Assembly: GCA_048884965.1 (NCBI GenBank)
Contig: JBHLQH010000011.1
Coordinates: forward strand, 31,913-95,912
DNA: 64,000 bases
Reading direction: 5' to 3'
DNA from: Candidatus Thorarchaeota archaeon
GTDB taxonomy: Archaea; Asgardarchaeota; Thorarchaeia; Thorarchaeales; Thorarchaeaceae
Shown piece by piece: positions 9,530 to 19,592 of the stretch. The notes beneath the pieces were generated by a model. That model was not told the DNA's origin, searched no databases, and saw only the letters and a list, made by a program, of their open reading frames with translations. Made by a program: the position numbers and the translations under genes. Position 1 is the first letter of the stretch; the number at the start of each line of letters is the position of its first letter.

Positions 9530-10057
9530 ATGGCAGTATATGAGTTTGAAGGTCGAGTTCCAATTATCGGGAAGAATACATACGTAAGTCACACTGCTTC
9601 TGTAATCGGCAAAGTGATAATTGGAGATGAATGTTACATAGCTCCGGGTGCCGTCGTAAAAGGTGATTATGGCGAAATCATCGTTGGGAATGGTACCAGT
9701 ATCCAAGATAACGTGATTATCCATGCAAGACCCGGTGAACGTACTGATATTGGCAGCAATGTTACATTAGGGCATGGTTGCATTGTTCATAATGCCACTA
9801 TTGAGGATGAAGCTGTGATTGGGATGGGTGCAATCGTGTCTGATTATTCAATAGTAAGAAGATGGGCGATTGTAGGAGAAGGTGCTGTTGTAAGGTCAAA
9901 ATTCGAAGTACCTGAGGAACGGATTGTAGTTGGAATTCCTGCGAAAATAATTGGTGAAGTTCAAGATTACCACAAGGAAGAGCTTGCAAATTTTAAAAGA
10001 ATCTACCAAGACCTAGCCCGACGCTATCCGAAAGGACTGACCAAAATATTGGATTGA
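9530..10057 (+). CDS. Gamma-carbonic-anhydrase-family (left-handed beta-helix) protein
   Basis: Hexapeptide repeats, KGD, SIQDNVIIH, GHGCIVH, GIPAK. Confidence 0.9.
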   Translation: MAVYEFEGRVPIIGKNTYVSHTASVIGKVIIGDECYIAPGAVVKGDYGEIIVGNGTSIQDNVIIHARPGERTDIGSNVTLGHGCIVHNATIEDEAVIGMGAIVSDYSIVRRWAIVGEGAVVRSKFEVPEERIVVGIPAKIIGEVQDYHKEELANFKRIYQDLARRYPKGLTKILD

Positions 10058-10068
10058 AAAAAGTGGAT

Positions 10069-10088
10069 GAAGGGACCGGAGTCCCTTC
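10069..10088. terminator. Hairpin between convergent genes
   Basis: GAAGGGAC-CGGA-GTCCCTTC, with an A-run on its left (T-run on the minus strand). Confidence 0.6.
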
Positions 10089-10093
10089 TGCTT

Positions 10094-10849
10094 CTAAACC
10101 AGAGAAACAAGTTTGTCTCTGTTGAATCTAGATAGAGCCAGAGCCCATGCTACTGCGAAAATGGCGACAGCAATCAGAAGAGTAATTATGTTTGTAAGCC
10201 AAACTAGTGACTGATCTGTCATCCCTGTTTCGTCAATGCTAAACAATGGCATCATCATCGGAAGGATGAACACGATGACGACCGCACTTGTCGTTTGATA
10301 TGCTTCATAGACCCTCGTTACTCTACCGCTTATCAATATCATGACGGCGACTAAAGCGAAGATGGTTATTGGGACTGCTGTAAATAGAAGAAAGAGGCCT
10401 GGGATGTCAGGAATTAGCATCAATGGATAGCCTATAGCAAGCAGACCAATGTTTACACCTATCATGGTTATCGCAACACTAGCCACAAGAACGATTAGAC
10501 TTGGAATAGCTGAGCTCAATGTCTTACCCCAGAGCAGTTGCTTGTCTGTGAGAGGTGTGCAAAGTAGGGGTTCCAAAGTGTTCTGCTCTCGTTCTCCTAC
10601 TAACGCGTTTGCTGAAATCATCGTTGTTGGAATGAGGGCAAAGATAGCTAGCATTGATGCAACCATGGGAAATAGGAAGCCCATCAGCTCGGTCATGACA
10701 TCGACTGGAGTGACCAATGCCAAACCCAGAACCATGATAATATTCAATGCTGGTCCAAATGCCGCAGCCATAGCCAACCCATACTTGACTAGTCTAACCG
10801 TCAGGGCATTCTTGATGTCCCAGAGGGCAACGATCATTGATTTATTCAT
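10094..10849 (-). CDS. ABC-2-type exporter permease
   Basis: About 6 TM; ALVGEREQNTLEPLLCTPLTDKQLLWGK motif. Confidence 0.9.
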   Translation of the reverse strand: MNKSMIVALWDIKNALTVRLVKYGLAMAAAFGPALNIIMVLGLALVTPVDVMTELMGFLFPMVASMLAIFALIPTTMISANALVGEREQNTLEPLLCTPLTDKQLLWGKTLSSAIPSLIVLVASVAITMIGVNIGLLAIGYPLMLIPDIPGLFLLFTAVPITIFALVAVMILISGRVTRVYEAYQTTSAVVIVFILPMMMPLFSIDETGMTDQSLVWLTNIITLLIAVAIFAVAWALALSRFNRDKLVSLV

Positions 10850-11799
10850 GCCTTTGCACCTCCCTTAATGACCTCTAAATAGAGGTCTTCCAATGTGGCT
10901 TCTTCTTCAGCAAATTCGATGACATTCACTCCTCCATCGATAAGTGATTTCAGAAGTTTGACATTGTTTTTAGTGGGGTTCTCAATCTCGATAAGAATTG
11001 TATCCACATCAACCTCACATTTCTTGATGAAATTCTGGGTTTTCACTATTGTCTCAGCAGCAGAGATATCTCCAATGACGAGTATTCGATACTGCTGTTG
11101 TGCATGTAGCTTCGTACGCAATTCCTCAGTCTTTCCGTACATGAGGATCCTTCCTTCATCGATAATCGCAATTCTATCACACATCCGTTGCACCTCAGGT
11201 AGATTGTGTGAATTAATGAAGACCGTTTGCTTATACTCCTTCGATAGGTTCAGGATTAGCTCACGAACCCTTTTAGAAGCGATTGGGTCCAGTGCGCTAG
11301 TAGGCTCATCCAATAATAGGATGGATGGCCTGTGAAGGAGCGCTCTACACAATGCCAAACGCTGACGATTGCCTGTGCTAAGCTCTCCCGCCTTGTCATC
11401 TTTCCGGTCCCATAAATCCATGAACTCCAGAAGTTCTTTCACTCGCTTTTCTATCTCTTCTTCCGGAACTCCGTAGAGTCTAGCAAAATAGACTAAATTA
11501 TCATAAGCAGTCATTGATGGATATAATGTATGATTGGATTCCTCTGGAAGCACTCCTGTTGTTTCCCGAACTGCTACAGGCTCCTCACGAATATCATGAC
11601 CTGCAACTATAGCTGTTCCCTTTGTTGGCTTCAGGAGGGTGCTCAACAATCTGGTAGTAGTGCTCTTCCCAGCTCCGTTCGGTCCGAGTAGCCCAAAGAT
11701 TGTGCCTTCAGGTATCTCCAAGGACATATCATTTACCGCAACAAGCTCTCCAAAATTCTTAGTAAGATTCTGAATTTTAACGTCTTCCAATTTTGCCAC
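10846..11799 (-). CDS. ABC exporter ATP-binding subunit (DrrA/CcmA-like)
   Basis: GPNGAGKST, LSTGNRQRL, LLDEPT, C-terminal TLEDLYL. Confidence 0.95.
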   Translation of the reverse strand: MAKLEDVKIQNLTKNFGELVAVNDMSLEIPEGTIFGLLGPNGAGKSTTTRLLSTLLKPTKGTAIVAGHDIREEPVAVRETTGVLPEESNHTLYPSMTAYDNLVYFARLYGVPEEEIEKRVKELLEFMDLWDRKDDKAGELSTGNRQRLALCRALLHRPSILLLDEPTSALDPIASKRVRELILNLSKEYKQTVFINSHNLPEVQRMCDRIAIIDEGRILMYGKTEELRTKLHAQQQYRILVIGDISAAETIVKTQNFIKKCEVDVDTILIEIENPTKNNVKLLKSLIDGGVNVIEFAEEEATLEDLYLEVIKGGAKA

Positions 11800-11901
11800 C
11801 TTCTTTCAAACTGAATTCACTATTCGTGTAGTGTGGAGAAGTTGTGCCTACATATGCGTATCTGTCTAAAAAGGTAGACGGAAATTGCACAAGTCTGGTG
11901 G

Positions 11902-12153
11902 CTATGTTGAGATCATCTTCTCGACAACTGCAGTTGTTGTTTCTTCGATTCCAACTATTTTATGAACACGTCTCACTGTGATATCGTACAATGCCTCCAA
12001 GCTTTCGACTTCAACTAAGGCAACGACATCAAACTCACCAGTTGTCACGGCGACTCTTATGAGCTCGTCAATCTTTCTTAGTTCATCTAATACTTGATCA
12101 GTATGTCCCATTTGAATTCGCATCAGGATATATGCCATAACTCTTTCACTCAT
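11902..12153 (-). CDS. Stand-alone Lrp/AsnC ligand-binding (RAM) domain protein
   Basis: 83 aa; AYILM...VTTGEFDVVALVEVESLEALYD...IVGIEETTT; no HTH. Confidence 0.85.
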   Translation of the reverse strand: MSERVMAYILMRIQMGHTDQVLDELRKIDELIRVAVTTGEFDVVALVEVESLEALYDITVRRVHKIVGIEETTTAVVEKMIST

Positions 12154-12169
12154 TCACTGCACCTCTTAT

Positions 12170-13438
12170 TTACACATAGTCTCTCAACACTACCATAGTT
12201 TCAATACTTTTCACTTCCGGAATAGCCTGTATCTTCTTCAAGATATTTTCCCTGGTCTTCCCCAGACTCCGGCTCTTAATTGATAGCAAGTAATCATGGC
12301 TCCCTGCAAGAGCTGCTGCTGATTCAACACCCTTGATGTCGAAGAACACAGGCAGCAAATCCCCTGTCAGTTGCTTTACGTTGATGATAACAATTGATCT
12401 GACATCAGAAGCTTGTAGTGAGATCACTCCAATCATCACGAGGATAACTCCAAATATCTTCAAAATCCAAAGGAACATATCCGTGCTTATTGTTCCAAAA
12501 GCTCCCGGTACGATAGCATTCCCTATCAATGTCATTGGGATTCCTAGGACTACTGAAATTGCTGATAGTGAGTTCACAATTGACATCGCTCCTTTCCCCA
12601 GTGCTCTAACATAGAATACGAGAGCTAGGAATGTTGCCAGTGACGATCCCACCATGAACCAGAAGAATGGGCCAATAAAGATCATCATCAACTCTATTGC
12701 ATTTGCTGGTAGCAGGGGAATCATCATGACACTCATTATTGTATTAAGCACGAGAAGAGTCCAAATACGCATATTCAATGAGTCGACTTTCAGCCCCGGC
12801 TTTATTTCGTATCGCTTGGTTTTTCTCTGATAGTATGTCACTAATGATGATGAGATGTTCATTGGCACCAGCACAATAATGAGTGTTGGAATATCAAATC
12901 CACCCGGCTCAACACCTACAAGAAGCACACCAATGAGGATGGAGATGATACATTGCAACTCTATTATCGTGGGAGTGTCTTTCTCCGACCAGAGGTCTCC
13001 TATTAGAAGATAGATTATCACAAGCTGCCCGTAAGGAAGAACAGCTGAAGCATCTGTATATCCTACGATGAAGTAGTAGAAGAAAGTAGAAATTCCCGCA
13101 AAGATACCCGCAACAACCAAGTACATCATAGGTTTCTTTGGTAACAGGCTAATTCGTCCGAAATCAGGGTCAAGACTATACCCAAGTGCTTGCTTCTTCG
13201 TACCATTTCTTGAAACTCGTACACTCAAGAGAACAACAACTGTGAATGTAACAGCAAAACTGACCCATTGAGAGAGGAATCCGTATATTATTGGTTCATT
13301 CGCAATGGTGTTCAATGCTACTAGATCGAATCCCACAGAGAAGGTTCGAAACATCCCTGAACCAAGAGCAAGGAGATAGAAGATTGTAGCTGCTCCCCGT
13401 TTACTTACGGGTCTCTGATTCTGACTACTCATTCTCAA
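12170..13438 (-). CDS. EamA/DMT-like transporter fused to a C-terminal Lrp/AsnC RAM domain
   Basis: About 10 TM in two repeats, then IKGVESAAALAGSHDYLLSI...IQAIPEVKSIETMVVL. Confidence 0.75.
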   Translation of the reverse strand: MRMSSQNQRPVSKRGAATIFYLLALGSGMFRTFSVGFDLVALNTIANEPIIYGFLSQWVSFAVTFTVVVLLSVRVSRNGTKKQALGYSLDPDFGRISLLPKKPMMYLVVAGIFAGISTFFYYFIVGYTDASAVLPYGQLVIIYLLIGDLWSEKDTPTIIELQCIISILIGVLLVGVEPGGFDIPTLIIVLVPMNISSSLVTYYQRKTKRYEIKPGLKVDSLNMRIWTLLVLNTIMSVMMIPLLPANAIELMMIFIGPFFWFMVGSSLATFLALVFYVRALGKGAMSIVNSLSAISVVLGIPMTLIGNAIVPGAFGTISTDMFLWILKIFGVILVMIGVISLQASDVRSIVIINVKQLTGDLLPVFFDIKGVESAAALAGSHDYLLSIKSRSLGKTRENILKKIQAIPEVKSIETMVVLRDYV

Positions 13439-13462
13439 ACTTCCCCCTTAGCAGGGATATGC

Positions 13463-13488
13463 TAGAGAGGGATTGTTCCCCCTCTCTA
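13463..13488 (-). terminator. Hairpin downstream of the coiled-coil gene
   Basis: TAGAGAGGG-8nt-CCCTCTCTA. Confidence 0.5.
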
Positions 13489-13507
13489 AAACTTATCATC
13501 CTAGAAT

Positions 13508-14488
13508 TCATTCTTCTGAATCCGAATCCATAATTGTGTCTTCTTCAGATTCATCCTGAGCTTCTTTCTTGCGAGGTTCTTTCTCATCATCTGAGATATT
13601 TCTTCTAGCAAGAATGAACTCATCGAAAGTCAAACGCTTTCCAGACTTGAGCTTGTCAACAGCTGCATCAACACGCTCCTGCTCATGCTCCTTCTGTCGG
13701 TATCGCTTCTCAGTACGCTCTAGATCCTTGTTCTCAGAAACATGCTTTCTAATTTTGCCTTGAATATCATCGATCTGAGTTCTAATCGTCTTGAGACTTC
13801 CTTCTCCGTCCTTTACTTTCTTCAGCCATTCAACAAAATTCTGATGAGCTGTATCTGCGCTCTTTTTGTACTCTTCTAGCTGAGGTCTTATTCGCACAAC
13901 TTCTTGATGATGTACTTGTGACTGTTCGGATAGTTCGAGAACTTTCTGGTGAATATCAGTTGCTTCCGATTTGAGCTTGCGTGCCAATCTCCTTAGTTCC
14001 ATGATGCGGTCTTGTTTTTCTTTCTCTTGACCTATTTTGACTAGCTTTTCCTCTATCTTCGCAATCTCTTCAACAATACTTCTTTCCTCATCGATTGACA
14101 ATTGCTCCGTTTGTTGACGCCATTCAAGCTCTTCAACTCGCCGCAACATCCGTCGTTGGTCACTAGAAGGACTTCCAACAACCGTTCCTCGAAGGTCACG
14201 AATTTCATCATAGACGCTCTTGAGTTGAGCGTGAATTGCTGCACGCCTGTCCTTTGCGTCAGTGATGTCTTTATTGATCACGTCACGAGCTTCTCTTTCT
14301 GCCTTCACAGACTCGATTAAAGCACGAACTTCTTTGTTATGTTCGTCTCTAATTCGTTTGTACTCACGCATTTGATCGCGATCTCGTCTCAATACTTCCA
14401 GATCATTTCTGGCCTGTGTCTTGAGTTCTCTTAGCTTGGTGCGAAGGAACTCTACATTCTCCACTGTTGTTTCAGTCGCCTCTGTCAA
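13508..14488 (-). CDS. Archaeal coiled-coil protein (COG1340-like)
   Basis: Heptads throughout; ELEWRQQTEQLSIDEERSIVEEI and KLKSGKRLTFDE are family-typical. Confidence 0.85.
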   Translation of the reverse strand: MTEATETTVENVEFLRTKLRELKTQARNDLEVLRRDRDQMREYKRIRDEHNKEVRALIESVKAEREARDVINKDITDAKDRRAAIHAQLKSVYDEIRDLRGTVVGSPSSDQRRMLRRVEELEWRQQTEQLSIDEERSIVEEIAKIEEKLVKIGQEKEKQDRIMELRRLARKLKSEATDIHQKVLELSEQSQVHHQEVVRIRPQLEEYKKSADTAHQNFVEWLKKVKDGEGSLKTIRTQIDDIQGKIRKHVSENKDLERTEKRYRQKEHEQERVDAAVDKLKSGKRLTFDEFILARRNISDDEKEPRKKEAQDESEEDTIMDSDSEE

Positions 14489-14639
14489 AATCTTACGACC
14501 TCAGAATTTCGTTTTACGAGCCCTGGGTTACAGGACGGATTCCGTATGCGAATATGTCATGGACGTATTACGTCCATCGACTATCCTTTGCCTTCGTGTC
14601 AGTCTTAAAAATATTCTCATTCGACGTATAAATTTCTGC

Positions 14640-15563
14640 CTATTTTTCTACCAAAACGGTTGCTATCCGCTCAGATATGTCAAAATCAGTTACTTTTTGA
14701 AGACCTGTCCATCCTGGAGTTGCATTGACTTCTAATACCCATATCTTGCCATCCATGTCTGGGATAAGATCAACTCCGACTAGTTTTCCATTGACTGCTG
14801 ATGCTGCCTTCTTCGCCAGATCAGTTACATCTATCCTGTTCTTTCGAGGGATCCCGCCTGCGTGGATATTACTTAGGACGCCATCCGTACTAACCCGTTG
14901 CATAGTAGATATCACCTCCCCCTTGAGGACCAAAGCTCTAATGTCATATCCAGGATTCCTGACAAATTCCTGAAGTAGGTATGCTCCCTTCCCAAATATC
15001 TGGCTGTGGAACTTTAGATAATCATAAACATTTTCCAAATCGAACTCCTTGTTGATGAGCTGCACTCCTTCTCCTCCAAAGCCAGTAATAGGTTTCAGGA
15101 TACACGGAAAATTATCCTGTATGAATTTTGCTGCATCCTCTATTGATTCGGTGATTAGCGTCTTTGGCACAGGTAAAGATGATGATACGAGTTTGCGCAT
15201 TGTTTCTGCCTTATTTCTCATTTGCAATATTGAGTTGACCGAATTGATTACCTCTACTCCCATCTCAGCTAGTGCTGATAGAAGGCCAACTCTATTGAAG
15301 AACGCACCAATATCATTCGCACCAAGATCTAGAACTAGAAGAATGTCAAGCTCCCGTAAATCTCTCCCGTTTATGGAGATTCTATGGTAGCTTGTCGCTC
15401 CTTCTCTAGCAACCTTCCATGGGATAACTCGAATAGCTTCCACTCCTAGGTTCTGAAAGGCTGACTCTAATTTATCAACTCTTGAGGACCATGGATCAGA
15501 GGAGAATAGTCCGACTTGAGATACTTGTTTCATTGTTGGAACGACTCTGCCTGCACTATCCAC
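14640..15563 (-). CDS. RimK-family ATP-grasp alpha-L-glutamate ligase (MptN/CofF-like)
   Basis: KPITGFGGEGV, LLQEFV, DIRALV, SNIHAGG, GVDL, EVNATPGW. Confidence 0.9.
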   Translation of the reverse strand: MDSAGRVVPTMKQVSQVGLFSSDPWSSRVDKLESAFQNLGVEAIRVIPWKVAREGATSYHRISINGRDLRELDILLVLDLGANDIGAFFNRVGLLSALAEMGVEVINSVNSILQMRNKAETMRKLVSSSLPVPKTLITESIEDAAKFIQDNFPCILKPITGFGGEGVQLINKEFDLENVYDYLKFHSQIFGKGAYLLQEFVRNPGYDIRALVLKGEVISTMQRVSTDGVLSNIHAGGIPRKNRIDVTDLAKKAASAVNGKLVGVDLIPDMDGKIWVLEVNATPGWTGLQKVTDFDISERIATVLVEK

Positions 15564-15616
15564 TTTCCGCTTTTATCCATAACGAGTTGCTTTTATTCAT
15601 CAAAGCATGTTCCATC

Positions 15617-16015
15617 ATGTTAACAATGACCCTATTTTCTGTTGATGAAATTGAAAGAATTCGAGATATAATCACTAAAGCCAAGAAGAATGTCATAATA
15701 ACCTTCCGTCAAAGTTTTGGTCCGACAGAACTAAAGGAGAAATGGGACGAGCTCCTTCGGACCCTAGATATTCAGAAGCCTTGTGTGAGCTGGTGGTCTG
15801 GTTCAAGCACAACAGGTCTTCTTGAATGTGAGTCGGCTACTGGCATCAATATCTATGGACAATGGATGCTTCATGATTCCACATCTATGATAGGCATCTT
15901 TGAGATAGATGATGAGGATTTGGTCAATATCCGCGCCGGATATGATGCACAAAGTGTAACTGATCCCGCAATGCGTGCAATGCGAATAGGAGAGAGTGGC
16001 GGAGAGCTTGAGTAG
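15617..16015 (+). CDS. Hypothetical protein
   Basis: Fills the gap between the RimK-like gene and glmS; start moved to ATG 15617 to avoid overlap; no family recognised. Confidence 0.55.
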   Translation: MLTMTLFSVDEIERIRDIITKAKKNVIITFRQSFGPTELKEKWDELLRTLDIQKPCVSWWSGSSTTGLLECESATGINIYGQWMLHDSTSMIGIFEIDDEDLVNIRAGYDAQSVTDPAMRAMRIGESGGELE

Positions 16016-16021
16016 ATTCCT

Positions 16022-17854
16022 TCAATCCACTGTCAGTGTCTTGGATAGATTCCGTGGAAGATCGGGATTGATTCCCTTGTCTATTGAAAGGTAATAACTT
16101 AGCAGCTGGAGTGGAATGACATCGATAAGCGGATTCAGTATTGGACTTGTTTCAGGTACTGTAAGGTAGTCAATCTCATTCTGGATATAGGGGAGGAGCT
16201 TCTCTTCTTTCTCTCCAACTATTATTGTACGACCGCCTCGGCAAGCAACTTCATTTATGTGATTAATGATCATCCATGAATCTTCAGTAGTTGTCACAAA
16301 GATAACAGGGTATCCCTCTGTTACAATGCTTAGTGGACCATGTTTGAACTCAGAGCTGTACATTCCCTCACAGTGATTATAGCAGATCTCCTTGATTTTC
16401 AATGCACCTTCTCTCGCTACTCCATCTGTTAGACCATAACCAAGACAGTAGAGATCTGGTACATCTATCAGCGTTGCAGCAAGATTCTTGGCAAGGATGC
16501 CAGTTTTATCTATGGTTTGTTGTGTTAGTCTTGGCAAATCCTTCTCCAACATTGTAACGAATGATTTTGCTTCCTTCGGATCTAGATTTCCATTCCGTTC
16601 TCCAAGCTTTGCGGCTAAATATGCAAAAATAATTGTTTGGGCATAGTATGTCTTTGTGGCAGGTACACTCACTTCATAGCCACAAGCCATAGGTATGTAT
16701 GAATCTGCATTGAACATGAGAGTACTACCGTTCACATTCAGAACGCCAAGGGTCTTTCCTAAATTGTTCTCGCGAACATGGTTCAGAACATTCAGTATAT
16801 CCTTCGTTTCACCACTTTGTGAAACAAGGATACATAGGCTCTCCTCATTTAGTGTATTTGCATACATCGGTTCGAATTGTCCACCAATTGCAGGTAGGAT
16901 TGGGATTCCAGCCAGCTGGTTGAAGTAATAAGTGCCTACAATACCTGCGTTATGTGAGGAACCACAAGCAACAAGATATCGTGTGTCTGCTTCCTCAAGC
17001 ATTTGCAACCAAGTTTCAGATTTAGCATCCCTTAGCACTCCCATTACATCTCTGACAACTTGCGGCTGCTCGCTTATCTCCTTCAGCATGAAATGGGGAA
17101 ATCCGCCCTTCTCTGCTGCGCGAGCATCAACATTCGATATTTCAGGACTCCGATCTAATTGCTTTCCATCTTCAACCCTAAAAACTTTGATTTCCTCTGG
17201 TGTGAGAATCAGCATCTCTCCATCTTGAAGATAGATCACACGATTCGTCAAAGGTAGTATCGAAGGCAAGTCGCTCGATACTATCGTATCACCACTACCA
17301 ATACCTGCAACTAGCGAAGAGCCCATCTTGACTGCATAGATCTCAGGTTCATCTGATCTGCCTACTGCATATGCAAATGCGCCTTTCAGATCTTGTGTGG
17401 ACTTCCGGACTGCTTCGAACATATCTCCTGTTTCTTCATAGTACTTGTCCACAGCGTGAACACAGAGCTCTCCATCATTCTCAGATCTCACGGTATGCCC
17501 TATGTCAATTAGATGCTGCCTGTACTCGTAGTAATTGTGAAGATTGCCATTGTGTGCTCCATAGAACACTTCTGTACAACCGAAATGTGGCTGAGCATTC
17601 AGCTTGGTTGGAGCTCCATATGTTGCCCAGCGAAGCTGTGCAATTCCTCTATCTCCTTGCATCTGTGAGAGATTAAGCTCTTTGTCAACGATTTCAATTG
17701 TACCGACATTTTTCCTGAGATCAACTTTACCGTTGTGAACGGCTGCAACACCGACTGAATCATATCCCCTGTATGTCAGTTTACTACTGCATGTAACTAG
17801 AATCTCACCAATATTAGTTCTAGATTTACTGACAATGCCCGTTATCCCGCACAA
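16022..17854 (-). CDS. glmS: Glutamine-fructose-6-phosphate transaminase (isomerizing)
   Basis: TTG start at 17854 gives (M)CGITG with the N-terminal nucleophile Cys; RGYDS, RWAT, SQSGET, EGALKIKE, KHGP, C-terminal PRNLSKTLTVD. Confidence 0.95.
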   Translation of the reverse strand: MCGITGIVSKSRTNIGEILVTCSSKLTYRGYDSVGVAAVHNGKVDLRKNVGTIEIVDKELNLSQMQGDRGIAQLRWATYGAPTKLNAQPHFGCTEVFYGAHNGNLHNYYEYRQHLIDIGHTVRSENDGELCVHAVDKYYEETGDMFEAVRKSTQDLKGAFAYAVGRSDEPEIYAVKMGSSLVAGIGSGDTIVSSDLPSILPLTNRVIYLQDGEMLILTPEEIKVFRVEDGKQLDRSPEISNVDARAAEKGGFPHFMLKEISEQPQVVRDVMGVLRDAKSETWLQMLEEADTRYLVACGSSHNAGIVGTYYFNQLAGIPILPAIGGQFEPMYANTLNEESLCILVSQSGETKDILNVLNHVRENNLGKTLGVLNVNGSTLMFNADSYIPMACGYEVSVPATKTYYAQTIIFAYLAAKLGERNGNLDPKEAKSFVTMLEKDLPRLTQQTIDKTGILAKNLAATLIDVPDLYCLGYGLTDGVAREGALKIKEICYNHCEGMYSSEFKHGPLSIVTEGYPVIFVTTTEDSWMIINHINEVACRGGRTIIVGEKEEKLLPYIQNEIDYLTVPETSPILNPLIDVIPLQLLSYYLSIDKGINPDLPRNLSKTLTVD

Positions 17855-18010
17855 GGTTGTTCTCTCAGATAGCTGTTTTACAGCCCAATGCTCATTTTGA
17901 TTCGGTATTAAGGATTCTGTATGAATACTCCTCTCGAAAAATGAAATCTTCTCTTCCAAAGCGCTTTTATCACTGGAATACATTCTGAACCAGAAGAAGA
18001 GGATTGGATT

Positions 18011-18694
18011 ATGGGTAGGCAGAAAAGACTTACATTGCTGCTTCATCCGTTTAGACGGGAGCTCTATCAGGTCCTATGTGAGAATCCCGGTACCTACCTT
18101 TTGGAACTTGTTGACATTCTTGAAAGTCCTCTTGGAACACTTACTTGGCATCTGAGAATCCTAGAACGTGAAGGACTTGTCAATTCAATCAAATTTGCTG
18201 GAAAGCGGCTATACTATCCGAAGATGCTTAGATCTCAGGAAGCTGAGATGGCATATCTTACCATGAGAAGTGATACAGCACAGAAGGTATTCACTTATGT
18301 TGTAAATAACCCTGGGTGCTATCAGGAAGAAATGGCTGAAAGCCTTGGGGTCCACCATGATACTATAAGATGGCACATTTCTAGAATGGCTGATGTGGGT
18401 CTGGTTAGAGTAGAAAGAGTGGGCCGAAAAAAGAAGCATCATTTAGCTGAGCTAGGGGAGCACTTGCTAGAAGGTTCTCTGAACACAATCTCGGAAGCTT
18501 ATATCATGTTCCTCATGGAGAAGCTGGAAGATGGTTGTTTGAATCCAGAGATTCGAGAGTCCTCATCAGATCAGATTCTGATTAGAATTGACTGTCCTGA
18601 CAAGGGTAAGGATTGCTATGTTAGAGTGAATCTGCGAGAGTGGCAATTCGATCTTATTGAAGAAGATTATGAGGAAGATGACGCAGAAGACTAA
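18011..18694 (+). CDS. Tandem winged-HTH transcriptional regulator (ArsR/COG3398-like)
   Basis: Two repeats NPG...L.WHL..L...GLV; divergent from glmS. Confidence 0.8.
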   Translation: MGRQKRLTLLLHPFRRELYQVLCENPGTYLLELVDILESPLGTLTWHLRILEREGLVNSIKFAGKRLYYPKMLRSQEAEMAYLTMRSDTAQKVFTYVVNNPGCYQEEMAESLGVHHDTIRWHISRMADVGLVRVERVGRKKKHHLAELGEHLLEGSLNTISEAYIMFLMEKLEDGCLNPEIRESSSDQILIRIDCPDKGKDCYVRVNLREWQFDLIEEDYEEDDAED

Positions 18695-19413
18695 ATCCCG
18701 GCCTGAATAATCTCTTTGATTCTATCAGCAATCGCCTCAGAATCCTCAACATTAACTACAACAGCTAACAGCCTCTTTTCATCAAGCTTTTGAATTATCA
18801 CATTGATATCCTTCGAGCCAATGACGATTGTGTCAGTTGCCTCTGAATAGGTAAGCCCGTTTGCGAAAATTGACCCTGCTAGAGCTGCAACCTCAATATC
18901 ATTCGCAAACCCAATCGAACCAATCGGCAGTCCTTCCAGAGTTAGTACCATGCCTCGGCTGACAGAGGGTATTGCCTCAACAATCATCCCGAGAATCGTT
19001 CCAGAGCCAAAGCTCTTTGTTGATCTCATGAGTATCTCAATTCGAGTTCCAATGGATTGAAGTGATTCAATAAGATCTCTCATTTGGAGACCTGCGTCAT
19101 CGGCTCTTGAAATCACTGTTACCAGCTGATATTGATGAAGAAGAACGATAAGTACTCTATTTACACCTGCATTATGAATCAAATGTGTTGGCTTATTACC
19201 AGAGATATTATCCAACGTAGTTGTACTTGCCCATACTAATGCGGCAGAAACTGTAGATAGTAGGGTAGGGTTCATTGATTCATCACGAGAAACTGATGCT
19301 ACCACCACTCCTTCTCGTGTTGATAATACAACCCCGCGTAGGGATGAATGCAATTGAAGCGCATCCTCTATTAGATTCGCAACCTCTGCCAATATTTCTC
19401 CGGCCATCATCAC
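18691..19413 (-). CDS. Tandem (double) Roadblock/LC7 domain protein
   Basis: Two units: GVVLSTREGVVVAS...LSTVSAAL and GMVLTLEGLPIGS...VAALAGSI. Confidence 0.75.
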   Translation of the reverse strand: MMMAGEILAEVANLIEDALQLHSSLRGVVLSTREGVVVASVSRDESMNPTLLSTVSAALVWASTTTLDNISGNKPTHLIHNAGVNRVLIVLLHQYQLVTVISRADDAGLQMRDLIESLQSIGTRIEILMRSTKSFGSGTILGMIVEAIPSVSRGMVLTLEGLPIGSIGFANDIEVAALAGSIFANGLTYSEATDTIVIGSKDINVIIQKLDEKRLLAVVVNVEDSEAIADRIKEIIQAGI

Positions 19414-19592
19414 AACCTACGTAAATCTATTTTCTACAGTACATCCGTCTTATTTATACGTCACCATGCTGTATTCTTGGGAGCCGAATATGATTTCAAT
19501 CAATTCCATTGGAAAATAATGACAATACCGATGCCAACAAGTTTAAATCAGAGCCGTTGCGAGGTGGGTTCATTGACCCTGGAGGAAGCAAA

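Noticed and set aside
17855-18010. glmS ribozyme upstream of glmS (AAAGCGC present on the minus strand)
   Set aside because: The GACGAGG core and P1/P2 pairing are absent.
17855-18046. 64-aa N-terminal extension of GlmS in the ORF track
   Set aside because: GlmS needs an N-terminal Cys; the TTG at 17854 directly precedes CGITG, and the extension would overlap the divergent regulator.
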